DNA of 64,000 nucleotides from Monocercomonoides exilis PA203 (taxonomy: Eukaryota > Protista > Preaxostyla), in contig LSRY02000025.1 of the NCBI GenBank assembly GCA_001643675.2, forward strand, positions 372,001 through 436,000. The letters run 5' to 3'. The position numbers and the translations under genes are program-made. The notes under the pieces are model-generated. The model was not told the origin of the DNA. It was given only the letters and a program-made list of their open reading frames with translations, and did not search any database. Positions 24,065 to 36,000 of the stretch are shown here, piece after piece (position 1 is the first letter of the stretch; each line of letters begins with the position of its first letter).

Positions 24065-27000
24065 ATGACATCAACTTTGGAACAATTAGACGTTTTAAAA
24101 GGAATTGACAATTTATCCAAATCAAGAGCAAACGAATGCGAATCCGTTAAAAGTTCAACATTATGCCTTTCTCCTGATTCAGCAATAGCATCTTCAAAAT
24201 ACGCTGCATTTAGCAAAGGAAAAGAAGAAAACAGAATCAATAGCAATTGCAGTCCAACAATTGAGTTAAGTTGTATTTCTTCTTCTCCTCTTGTTGCACT
24301 CAATGGTGAGACACTTGAACCATACGTCTTATCTTCTTCTACTCCATTTTCTAATTCACAACAAATGTTGGATTCAAAAGCCTCTGAAAAATGTAGTAAT
24401 TCTTCGGAGGATTTGAAAACTCCAACATCAAATCCATTGACAAGCCCTCCTGATCCAAATTCAGTTTCCCTTGTATCCCCAATAAGGTGTGATTCGCAGG
24501 AATCGCGCTTTGTCGCGAAGTCGCCAATCCATTCGCTCAATTCTTCTATTTCTTCGACTTTGTCTGTTTCGCCTACCGTTCCAAAACCCTATCCAAAGCC
24601 ATTACAACCTGATAATTTTACACTTGTTTCTCACGAATTGGAAAATAAAAGCGGAACTCAGACTAATGTCGTTTCTCTATCTTCATCGATTTCATCACTT
24701 CCATCTTCGTTTCCGACACAATCTCCATTTTCAACTCTATCATCTGTTGCTCATCCTGCTTCACAGCCAATTCCACAGCACTCTTCACTTTTAGTTTCTT
24801 CTCTTTCACCTTCATCGTTCAGCTCTTTATCTACTAGTGGATCTATTCCAGTGCCTAGTCAGCTGCCAACTCCAACTTCTTTTGCTTTATCACCTTCAGA
24901 ACATCCAGCAGTTATTTCTTTATCTCCTATCTGCGAAAAAGACAGAATCACTCAAAAAGTTCAGAGCTCAATTGCTCCTTCAATGCCTATGCCTTGCCAA
25001 GCTGAAAATTCTTCGTCAACAAGAAGAGAATCACAGTTGGACAGCAGTCATATCACTTCAATTGTCTGTCGATATTCAAACTCGAATTCTGTCTCTAATA
25101 TACTCCAAGATGTGTGCGCAGAACCGAAAATATCATTCGATCAAGCAAATTCCGCAATCACTTTCAAGCGAGTGAAATACTCCATCAACAAAGAATTTCC
25201 TCCTCGCTCACAAACTCCACCTTGCGTAAATGATCTTTCGACTGGAAAGAGAACATTAACTCGTTCTGCCTCTGGGAGTCTCCTACCTCCTCTCCAAAGC
25301 AAGACAAGAATACCATCACCTTCCCGTCCCAATCGGCCTCCGCTTCAATCAAATACAAAAGAAGCAAAGTTAACTTCAGCTATTTCTCCTTCTTTCTCTT
25401 CTCCTTCTTGTTCTGTTTCTGCTTCTTCTTCTGCAGCCTCGTCACGTGAAGTGGAGACACTTTCATTTCCTGTCGATGCTCTGCTCTCTGAATCTCAATC
25501 ACGTCCAGATTCTTTGTTTTCTTTTGTGATGCATCCAGTTGTCGAATCTGCGCTGAGTCGAGGAACAGACGCCTCTTTCTTGTTGACGTCTTCCTCTGTG
25601 CCTCCTGCTCACAAACACACTTCTGGTGCATCAACAGCTCAGTCTATTTCGTGCACAAGCTGCCTTTGCGGCTCTTGCTTGCCGCCGTCTGTCTCTGCTC
25701 TCTTTGGCAACCAGTGGCATCGGGGAATTCTCCACTCCACATTCTGCACCATTTTGTCGCGCGTGTCTGGGTTTGCTTCACCTTCGCTTCAGTCGCTTTC
25801 TGCTTGCTCTCCAATTGTGTCTCAAACATTTCGTGCTCAGAAGACTTCACAGATTTCGCAAACATCTCCATCATTATCCTCTGGTCAATCTTCTTCTGAC
25901 TATTTTCTTAACAATTGCACAGTTCGATTGGATGCATGGCTTGTAAATGCACACACAAACGAAAGAAGATATTTGATTAAGCCTCAGAAAAACTACTTGC
26001 AGTTTTCTAGAAATGCCAAAGAAAACGGCTTTTCTACGATTTCTACAATGGATCTGTTTTGTTCTCAGATTGCATCAACACCTCAGGGCTGTTATATCAG
26101 AAGTATGGATGATGTTGAAGCAGTTGTGTCTGAATTAGGAGAGCAATGCACTTCTCTATTCCATCAGCAAGCGCACTATGTTCCCGATATATTCCAGCAG
26201 AAAACTTCAATTCAGCCAAAAAGCGCTCAAAAGGGCGGGCTGTCTTTAAGTGTGATTATTACTGTTGAAGAACATGGCTCTTTGGATGGCTGCAGCAACA
26301 CATCGGACAGAGATATTAAGCAGCAAATGAAATTTGATGGCTCATTTGAGAAAAGGAGAACTCGCATTGCATTTGTCACTCTGCCATTTGATTTGGTCAA
26401 CGCAAGTTCAGATTTGGCAGACTTGATTTCTGCTTCGAATGCTCCTCAAAATGATGGAAGAACACTGCCACAGTCTTCCTCGCAGCAGCAAAAGAGCAAC
26501 AGAAGTTCATCTTCTCTGCAAACTTTGAATTCCCGCTCGAGATTTGGATTTGCTTCAGAAGGAAAAACAAAGAATTGCACCTCTTCTGTGCCTTCTTCTG
26601 TTCTTCCTGTGCAAAATGAAGAAACAAAACTATTTTCATCGAGAAACTCTTCAATGCCAATGAAAAGCTCAAACTCTCAATTAACATTGAAGTGGAAATC
26701 AATGGACGATTTGTGGAATTTTCTTAAATCAAACAAAAATTCTCCAAATGTTGTTTCTGACACTTTTTCAGCAAGCTCTTCTTCAGTTCCTTCTTCTTTG
26801 CCAGTTGGGCAAATGTCTAATCTGTCCTCTGCTTTTTCGATAAATCAATTGTTGTCCAATGGAATGAAGGACTTTTCATTATGCTCATTGCTTACGCCGT
26901 TTTTCTTTCCTTCAGAGAATTCTGTAACAATTAATGTTACTTTTGTATCTGAATCACTCGATTCGGATTCTCATTTAGAGTCTCTTCTCAGATTTACATC

Positions 27001-27313
27001 GGATATGGCATCCATCCATTCCGTTAACTCTGCCTCTATATCTTCTTCTGAGCATTCAGATTCACGCCATTCATTGATGAGGAATAATAGCCGTGATGTT
27101 CAAATTTCTTGGTCTGATATTGATGATGAAGGATTTATAACTTCAATGAGAAAAATGGTTTTGCGCTATGTTCAAAACATTCTTCAAGACCAAACGGAAT
27201 TTGGGGAAAATGGGAAATTATCATCTGACAGCAATTTATTCAAAAAACTTGATAGCTTAGAGAAGGAAATCTTTTCATTACGATCTCAGTTTGAAAAGTA
27301 TTTTGAAAGGTGA
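24065..27313 (+). CDS. Highly divergent kinesin-motor-like protein lacking P-loop and switch motifs; may continue beyond 27310 via an intron
   Basis: Kinesin-like elements occur in the expected order: HPVVESALSRGTDASFLL, LFGNQWHRGIL, VRLDAWLVNAHTNERRYLI, IRSMDDVEAVV, LSVIITV, RIAFVTL, KDFSLCSLLTPF, ESLLRFTSDMASI. There is no GxxxxGKT, SSRSH or DLAGSE. Confidence 0.55.
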   Translation: MTSTLEQLDVLKGIDNLSKSRANECESVKSSTLCLSPDSAIASSKYAAFSKGKEENRINSNCSPTIELSCISSSPLVALNGETLEPYVLSSSTPFSNSQQMLDSKASEKCSNSSEDLKTPTSNPLTSPPDPNSVSLVSPIRCDSQESRFVAKSPIHSLNSSISSTLSVSPTVPKPYPKPLQPDNFTLVSHELENKSGTQTNVVSLSSSISSLPSSFPTQSPFSTLSSVAHPASQPIPQHSSLLVSSLSPSSFSSLSTSGSIPVPSQLPTPTSFALSPSEHPAVISLSPICEKDRITQKVQSSIAPSMPMPCQAENSSSTRRESQLDSSHITSIVCRYSNSNSVSNILQDVCAEPKISFDQANSAITFKRVKYSINKEFPPRSQTPPCVNDLSTGKRTLTRSASGSLLPPLQSKTRIPSPSRPNRPPLQSNTKEAKLTSAISPSFSSPSCSVSASSSAASSREVETLSFPVDALLSESQSRPDSLFSFVMHPVVESALSRGTDASFLLTSSSVPPAHKHTSGASTAQSISCTSCLCGSCLPPSVSALFGNQWHRGILHSTFCTILSRVSGFASPSLQSLSACSPIVSQTFRAQKTSQISQTSPSLSSGQSSSDYFLNNCTVRLDAWLVNAHTNERRYLIKPQKNYLQFSRNAKENGFSTISTMDLFCSQIASTPQGCYIRSMDDVEAVVSELGEQCTSLFHQQAHYVPDIFQQKTSIQPKSAQKGGLSLSVIITVEEHGSLDGCSNTSDRDIKQQMKFDGSFEKRRTRIAFVTLPFDLVNASSDLADLISASNAPQNDGRTLPQSSSQQQKSNRSSSSLQTLNSRSRFGFASEGKTKNCTSSVPSSVLPVQNEETKLFSSRNSSMPMKSSNSQLTLKWKSMDDLWNFLKSNKNSPNVVSDTFSASSSSVPSSLPVGQMSNLSSAFSINQLLSNGMKDFSLCSLLTPFFFPSENSVTINVTFVSESLDSDSHLESLLRFTSDMASIHSVNSASISSSEHSDSRHSLMRNNSRDVQISWSDIDDEGFITSMRKMVLRYVQNILQDQTEFGENGKLSSDSNLFKKLDSLEKEIFSLRSQFEKYFER

Positions 27314-27469
27314 AAATGAAATTAGATTTAAGCACTTCCTTTTTGATAACTTGTTTTTTTTTTTAAATTTCTTTGTTTGTTATATTTTCGTTAAAATGAT
27401 ATAACAAAGAATGATTTATTGAATATTACTATATCATTCAGGTGCTAATGCTGTTTTGTATTCGTTTTT

Positions 27470-27764
27470 TATTTTTAAAATTAACTTGTTGGAAATTGAA
27501 AAAATTTTCACTTTTGATTAACTTTTTGTGGACAATTATTATCAACAAAATTGGAAAAAATTTTGAAATACGTATGAGTCTACAAAGCATCTTAAATAAA
27601 AATTTAATGATGTTTGTTTACAGAAATGATAAACCAATTTTTTTGGAGATCTGAGAAAAATTATTTAAATTCTGATTTATCCAAAGATTAATTGCTGAAT
27701 GCGAAAAATAAAAAAAAAAATAAAAAATAAAAAATTAAAACTTGAAAGGTTATATTTTCCACCC
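27470..27764 (-). repeat. Degenerate copy of MITE family C
   Basis: AAAACTTGAAAGGTTATATTTTCCACCC (about 27737-27764) resembles the reverse complement of the left TIR at 40841. The internal GAGATCTGAGAAA segment also matches family C. The left boundary is approximate. Confidence 0.5.
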
Positions 27765-28305
27765 TTGGAATGAAGATATTTGAAAAAATAGTATATCAAA
27801 ATAAAACTGATATTCAAATATTTGCGATTTTTCAAAAAGAACAAAAATTGTTATTGATAAAAATGACTGAAGAATAATGAATATCTCACTGGTTTTTTTT
27901 TCAGTAACAAAATATTTTCAAAACAAGAATAACATTCATATTTCTTTGAATTTATTTTCAAAATAGTTTGAAAGTTTTACGAATTTCATAAAACTTTTTT
28001 GTTTTCTTAAATTTGAAAATAACAAAAAAATTCATTTCTAACTAAAATAAACTCAAATGCTAAAAAACATAAAACATCAAAATGAAAAGGGAATAAATAT
28101 ACAATTTGATTATAAAACTGAAATATCCAAAAAGAATCTCAAAAAAACAATTTTCTTCTAACCAATCTGTAATTGATATTTTGAAATTGTCTTTTTCCTC
28201 ATTTACCGTTTATTCATCAAAACATCAAAAGATTCGATAAAATAACTTGCATAAAAACAATGTAAAGCCAGTTCTATGTAAAGAAGGAAAAATTTTCTTA
28301 AAAAT

Positions 28306-30930
28306 TCAATCCAGTTCAGCCAGATACATGTAGTTATTGCTTTTTCCATTCTGCTCCATTCCATTTCCGTCCTCTTCTTCATAAGCTTCAAAATACATCT
28401 CATCTCCTTCATTGTAGTCTTCATCTCCATACTCATCATCCAAAAGTGCTTCTCCTTCGTCGATTCCTTGCTCGTCTGCTTCGTTCCATTGGTCAGTCAA
28501 ATATGTTCCGATTACACTTCCCACATAGCTTTGCCCATAAACTGAGCCACATCCATCTGCAACAGACACACCTTCTCTTTTATCAGTTATCTCAAGCATA
28601 TGAACAGTGCTTCTCCTCCTCCAGTCAATTTTGCTGCTAACTGAACTTCCTCTATTTTCTCTTTCTCTCCTTTTGTTGTTGTTTCCCTCTGAAGATCTTT
28701 CGCACTCTTCTTCCTCTCCGTACGCTTCTTGATAGTATTCGCATTCGTAGTCTTCTTCATCTTCTGCAATCTGTTCGTCTTTCGAGATTTCATCAATTGA
28801 TCCTAATCGATCAAGATGAGCTGATTTCAGATGATGTGCAGATGAAGAAGAATAAGAAGAACTCGAATCTTTTGCAGAAAAGAGGGAATTATTCGAAGAA
28901 GATGGGTTGTTTGCGATTGTGAATGGAGTTGCAATAGAAGATGCATCACCAGCCATCGAATGACTATCAGTTGACAGTTTTGACTGTGATAAAGCAGAAT
29001 GAGAAGGCAAGGATTTAATTTCAGAGTGTTCAATTCGCATGTCCCGAGGCCGTGACGGGCGATACAACTTCTGGGATTGCCCCATGCTTCTTCTTCTATC
29101 GCTTTGAGCTGACGGCATCCGAGGCCTTCCAGCAGAGTTGGCAGCAGAAGTGTCACCTTGGCCAGTCAATGAATTGATGTTTGGGATGTCAGTTGTGGCC
29201 AGATGGAATGGAGAAATGCCATCATCAGCCAAAGTCATCGGTGTTGTGCCAAGTTTCGAGGAGAGCATCATCAGCTGGGCAAGAGGAGAGTTGGAGCTGA
29301 GGTGTTGAATAAAAAATGTGTTAGGCGCAGGAGGTCGAAGAGATGAATGAAGTGAAGAAGAAGAGGAAGAAGCTTTTTTTGAGGACGATGTGGATGATTG
29401 TGAAATAGCAGAAGGAGAATGAGGAGAAATAGAAGCAAATTGATCGATAAGTTTATTGAACTGCTCAACTTTCAGAGAAATCTCAGAGTCAATCATTGCA
29501 TTAAACAGAAGAAAAGCGGAAGCAGGCATGATGTCCATAATCATTGAGTAAAATAGATATAGAAAACTGAAGGCGACACTATAAAAAAAAAAACACATAT
29601 GAAGAAATCGCAAGTATTAAAAAAAACAATCATGATCTATTAATTTTTGGAAAATGCAAACAATTGAAAAAAAAAATGGAAAGAATATAATTTTCGCATC
29701 TTCCTCAATGGAGATAAACAAATTCATCAAAAGGCAGCAACAATGAAACAACACAAAATTTCAAAGCACAAATATCAACCACACCAAGATTTGTATTGCT
29801 CACTGCTCATATCAGATGTCGGTGAGTATTCTGAACACAAATTAGATTGCAGTTGCATTTCTCCATAGTACGGATTCTTGTCCAATACAATAAGAATCAT
29901 TGATACAATATGCAATGCATACACAAAAAATACAATAACAGTCGGAATAAAAAATAATGTCTGAATTCTTCGATAAAATATTGATGTCGATTCAAATGCA
30001 GTCTTTTGCAACTTCTCTTTCTCAACTTTTCTTTGATCCAAAGGAGATAATTCTGAATTGTCTGAACCCATGTCTTTTAATCCTCTTGTTGATATAATTT
30101 GTGTTTCACTTTTGCACAGACCTGCATTGGCATTCCTCTTTCCACTTTTTATTGATTCCTTTCTTGAAGCCCGTGGGGTTGCAAAGAAAAGATGGATCAA
30201 AAGAGCCAATACCCAAATTATTGCAAGAAGAACTATCGAGAGCATAATAATGTTGACAATAGTCGCATTCGATAATACATCTGGTGAGCTTTCATCTTGA
30301 TCGTAAGTTAACGAAGGATGCTCTTCCTATTTGAAAAAATCAATTGAAGAAAACAAATTGCAATAAATAACGGAAAAATAAATAGATAAATAAATAAAAG
30401 AAAAACAAACGAATGTGGACAACGAAACGATAAGACTTATAAGATGAAGAACAGTTAAAGTTACAACTGAAATGAAATGAAATGCAACATTGACTCTTCG
30501 ATTCACAGTCTTTTCAAGCAATGTATTTGTAAGCCACCAAGAGAAGAACACCCACGATAAGTTTAAAAACAGCCTATTCATTTGCTCGGGCAAAAAGAAA
30601 TATAAGAATAAGCTGTATGGAAGAGGCACAACAATAAGAAACGAGTTCAAAAACAGAAACAGTGTAATGAATAAAAACAACGTGAATTTGAGTTTGTTTT
30701 TATTTAGCCCTTTCTTGCAAATGTATGTCATTTGCAATGTAGATACAAGAAGACTGAAAAATGTTATGATAAATAAAAAAATTAATGGCCAATTTCCAGG
30801 TCCATAAATAACTATAACATTGTCGAATAAAGTTCAAGTCACAAAATGAAGTATCACACCAGGAACTTCAACGGATAACAACAATTGATTGATGCTATTT
30901 ACCATTTTTAAGTATTCGATGTCCCACATT
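28306..30930 (-). CDS. Seven-transmembrane protein, TOM1/THH1/GPR137-like, with long Ser/acidic C-terminal tail; multi-exon, start approximate
   Basis: Seven hydrophobic segments across ORFs 30327-30737, 29775-30245 and 28306-29613. The last helix LFYSMIMDIMPASAFLLF resembles the YYxxxE(I/L)xPSxLVL motif of this family. Confidence 0.6.
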
Positions 30931-33061
30931 AAAAATAAAGAGACAAATGAGAAATGTTTTTCAAGCTTTGTAACTGTAATGGAGTTCACTTTAAAATTTT
31001 GTTCCACTTGTATGAATAAAATCCAAAATATTATTTTTTCAAGAAGAGATCAGTATTGAAATTGAAGAAAAATTTTCCCAGATATTCCAAAAAATCATTG
31101 TTAAAACCATTATGGAAATGTGACAAAATGAAAGCATTTCATAACGTTTATATATTTCATGAATGCATTTCAGAGATCTTTTCAGTTTTATTAATTAACG
31201 ATTTTGATTTCAATCTTTATTTTCTTAAACACAAATATCTGCGAAATAATTCCAAATAGTCAGTTTTCTATTTATTCACAAATTATTCTATGAAATAAAT
31301 ACATCGTATCATATCTTTCACAAATCAGAAAAAAAGAATTATTAGCACTTGAAGAACTCAAAATATTTGATTCAATTCTTTTTGAAAAATCATTTTTTTG
31401 TAATACAAATCCCCTTGAAATGCATCACAAACAACTTGAAGTTTTTTGTAGACATTCATCTTTAAGTCTTGAAACATTGCTGTATTCTTCTTTCTTTTTT
31501 TTCTCAAATCAAATTCAATTAACAAATATTTCTGACATTTCACCCCTTCAAGCTTGATGAAATACATTATTGTGTGTTTTGATTTTGTTCTTGATGAATC
31601 AAATTGGATAGTGTACGTATTGATAGAAATATAAGAGAATAAAAGGAGTTATCCTAAGATTATGACTGTATTCACAAATTGGTCAAAACAAAAAAATTTC
31701 TGAATATTGTTCCACACATATAAAAAAAGAAATAATAAAAGAAAAAAATGAACAAATCCATTTCTAAATGATTCTTGAATAGCTGGAAATAGGATTCATC
31801 GATTTTATTATTTGTGTTCAATGCACATGTGTCATCACCACAAATAATGATGAATGCTTTACAGAGAAATATATGATCCAAAGAAAACTGAATTACACAG
31901 GATATGAATTTATGAATGAGCCCAATGACTGTGAGAATGGAGCATCAAGGAGTGATTCAAGTTCTGAAGAAATCAATGATCACATAGGAGAAAACCATTA
32001 AAGCAGAAAGATGATGAAAATTGATAATAAAAATATAAACAATGAAAGAAATCAGAAGGAGAAGAAAGGTGTTGCTTGCGTAATAAATAAAATGAAAATG
32101 ATGGAAAAAAATGAACTGGACCATGGATGAAAAATCAGAGGATGCTTGCTAATGGCCAATTCATCGATAAGATTCTATTTGCTAAAACTGTTTCAAAACA
32201 AAAAAAACAATTATATAATGGCTGAGAGAACGAATTTTGTGTCGCTGAGTGAATGCACAATTAGAATCGAAAGTTACACATCATTATTCAATTTATTTGC
32301 TAGCTGTGGGCTGTTTTCAAACATTTCACCAGAATTATTTCCTTCATTTTCACAGAAATCCCCTTGGTAAATGTATATTATAGGTGAACACGAATTTTTC
32401 ATATTTTTTTTTTATTAACGAATTCTTTGTAGTATATAAATCATTTATTAATTAATAAAAATTTGAGATCATCAAATTGTTTGATAAATAATAATCAAGG
32501 TTTCTTAATATTTATGGGATAGATCAATAAATTTTCATGTTATTTTTGAGTGCTAACCCTAAAAAGAAGAACGGGAACAAACCCTAAACCCAATATTTGT
32601 TTTGCTAACCCTAGAACCTAAACCAATCTATTAATGTGGAGATTTTTTATGATTTTTACCCAAATTATTAAAAAAATACTGGGTCAGATCAAAATGTTTT
32701 GATTGAAAAAAAGAAATTTTTATGATTGATGATCTCAAATTTTAATTAATTAATAAATGATTCTTATACTATTTTATGTCCGTTTATAATAAAAAATATG
32801 AAAAATTCGTGTTCCCCTATAATCTCCTTTTACCATCCCCTTCCGTTTTCTCTTCCAAATCATTTGAAGAGAATCTTTCTGACAATTGCAAAGTATTAAT
32901 TTGCTCGTCGGATTTTTCATCATTTTTTGTACAATCCGCACCATTCATCTTATTGCCCTTCATTCCCCTTGTATTCCTCTTTCAACTGACTTTTTTTCAA
33001 TATCTCAACAGCAAATGAAACATGTTTATATCCGACCACCTCCTTTTGAAAAACATCAATT

Positions 33062-36000
33062 TTGATGAGCAGCTGTTCATTTTCTTCGATTTGTGATGTG
33101 TATGATGGTGGGATTGTCCATTCCCTGAACAACCCATTTGCCTCTCTGACTGCCTCAAACACCTCGTTTGTTGGATGCTGTGGGACAAGAAATATTGAAT
33201 TCATTGGAAGCAAAGAAAACCCATTGAAGCCAGGGAGACAAAACACAACGGACGATGTTGTTAATTCATTTATTTGGTGTGAGTGGAACGGATCGAGGGC
33301 ATCTGGATCTGACGATTCTGTTTCAGACGGAATATCGAGTGGAGGTGCGATCTGCATGTATAATCTCAGTTCTGGAGAACTTTTCGTTTCGAATTGCATA
33401 TTCAATGGATGTTTTGCAAATAGTCGTGGAGGTGGAATTATGTGCCATTCAATCAAATCAGTTTATATCGTAAATAATTTGTTTTCTAATTGTACTGCAC
33501 AAAATCAATATGGAGGAGGATTGTTCGCTTTTTCAATTTCATCATGTACAAGAATCTGTCGATGTGAATTCCAGAATTGTAAAGCAAATAGTCAAGGAGA
33601 AGGTTTGAGATTGGATAATTTTCAGGTTTCAGCACAAGGATGCGTTGAAGATGAAAAAGGAGAAGGAGAGAGTGCATGTATGTGTGACTGCAGCTTCAAT
33701 TCGTGTTCAGTTTTTGGCTCATATGGCGGAGGTTTGTATTGTGGTAATACACCCGCAACAGAATTCAAAATGAGTGATATTCGGTTTGTTTCGTGTTCAG
33801 CAACTTCTCATGGTGGGGGATTGGATTTGTACCCCTTCAGACAAATAACACAAAACGATGAAATTTGTTGTTTCTTCCTTTTCTTTCACAGCTGTAGATG
33901 TTCAAGAGATCTGCCATTTGGCCATGACGTGATTTATTATGATCTCCACAATTTTTATTTATCTTCAAACAATCCATTCTATGAATGTTACACCACAAAC
34001 ACAAATGAAAAGAGATTGTGCTACAGATATGATTTTACGGGAGGTAGTTGGTCAAATGACCAAACTTCAAAAAAGGATTGGCTAAAGAGTGGAGTACTTC
34101 ACCGTTTTGTTGCTGTTGAGGGAGAAGTTGAAGACGAATTGTGCGGAACAGATGAGTTAACTGCATGCCACGCCATTGGCATTGCAGTCAATTGGAGTGC
34201 AACGCAGGCAGTCTTGTCAATCACTCTGTTGGAAGGGAATCATTGCGATGAAGAGACAGAAATATCCATTGAATCGAAGAAAATTTCTGTTTTGGGGAAA
34301 GGAAATACAGTGAGCGTGATTGGGACGAAATCTTTATCTCCATCTTCAACAACATTGTTCAGAGTTTTGAGTGGGAAATTGGAGGTGGGACATGTGGGAA
34401 TTGATCACAACTCGGAAAGAGATTCCAGTCCGAGTGTATTTGTTGTTTCTGAAAGGAGTGGTTCACTATCGCTGGAGGATGTGTTGATCTCTTCGAGTGT
34501 TGCCGAAGCGAAAATTATGACTTCATCTGTGCTTTTTGTGAAACTTTCACAGATGACAATGACCGACGTGGAGATAAAAAACATGAAAGTGAGCCAACAT
34601 CTGTTTGCTGAGCCATCATCAACAGAGGATGCTTCAGACGAGAGCTTTCTGTCAAATGTGACAGTTCGAAATGTGAATCTGACAGAAGGAGATGGGGTGG
34701 TTGTGGCAAAGAGTGTGAAGGAAGGGGAGATATTTGCTGTGAGCAACACAACAATAGAGCAATGTGTATGTGAGAATGGGAATGGAGGGGGAATATATGT
34801 TTGTTTGCAAGGAAATGGAGAAGTTGCGATGAATGGGTCGAGTGTGATTGATGGATGTGTTGCAATGGGTATTGAAGGAAATGGAGGGAGAGGAGGAGGG
34901 ATGATGGTGGTGATGGAGAGTGGAGGATGTGGATTGACAATTGGACAGGATGTTGAGTTTTCGAAAGTAAAGGAGAATGAAGCTGAATATGGAAAGGATG
35001 TGTTTGTGTGTTGTGGGAGTGGTGTTTTGTTGGAGTCAAAAGTGAATACAGACACATTCGCCTTTTTTGACGCAACTGCCATTCCATCAGATGTGTTGAA
35101 GCTAAGTGGGAGTGAGAATGGAGATGAAAGTGGAGTGATTCCACTGTTTGTGTATTTGTGCACAATGGGGACAAAAGTGATTGTTGATGGGAGTGGAGGA
35201 AATGGGATGGACCACAACCATTGTGGGTTTGAAGGGTTTGGGTGTTTGACAGTTGATTATTGTGCGAACTCAAGAATGAGTGAAAGTTCAAAAGAAATCG
35301 AGGTTGTCTCATCTTCTTCAATAAAGGATGAAATTGAAATCTCTTCATTTGGTGTGAGTATTTCAGGCAGAATAGTGTCATCTTTATCGGAGGAAGGGGA
35401 GATGATGCGAGTGAATGTGAGTGATGGAGGATCAGCCACACAAGATTGGCTTGTTGGATGTTCGAGTTCACTGACAATGAGGAGACTATCATTTGTATTG
35501 AAAGGTCAGTTGAATTCGAGGAGAAGTGCATTCATCCATTCAACATCAACACTCAATGTGACGAACTGTTCAGTCTCATTTGAAAGTGGGGCATTGACTG
35601 ATGGAAAGATAGGATACAGCATCATTGACATGACAGGAGGGAATCTGATTGTTGATGGATTTGTGATGGAAAGTTCAGTGACATTGAATGGGAAATCACC
35701 AATATCAATGACTGCTGGAGTGAAACTGGAGATTTTGAATAGCAGAGTGAGAGGAGTGGAAATAACTGGAGGAGATGGGGGATGTTTGAATGTTGGGATG
35801 AATGAAGAAGGAGGAAGTGCAATAGTTGAAGAATGCAATTTTTCATCGATATGTTCGGGTAGAAGTGGGATGAAAGGAGGAGGGATGATGATATCAGTGG
35901 GGAAGGGAGGGAGTTTGGAAATGAAAAATGTGAATTTTTCTGGATGTGAAGTTCCATCAGAGGATAGCGAAGAGGGAGGAAGAGGAATTGGAGGAGGGAT

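Noticed and set aside
32552-32625. Telomere-like CCCTAA/AACCCTA motifs
   Set aside because: Only three or four scattered copies and not a tandem array, so there is too little to call an interstitial telomere or an element end.
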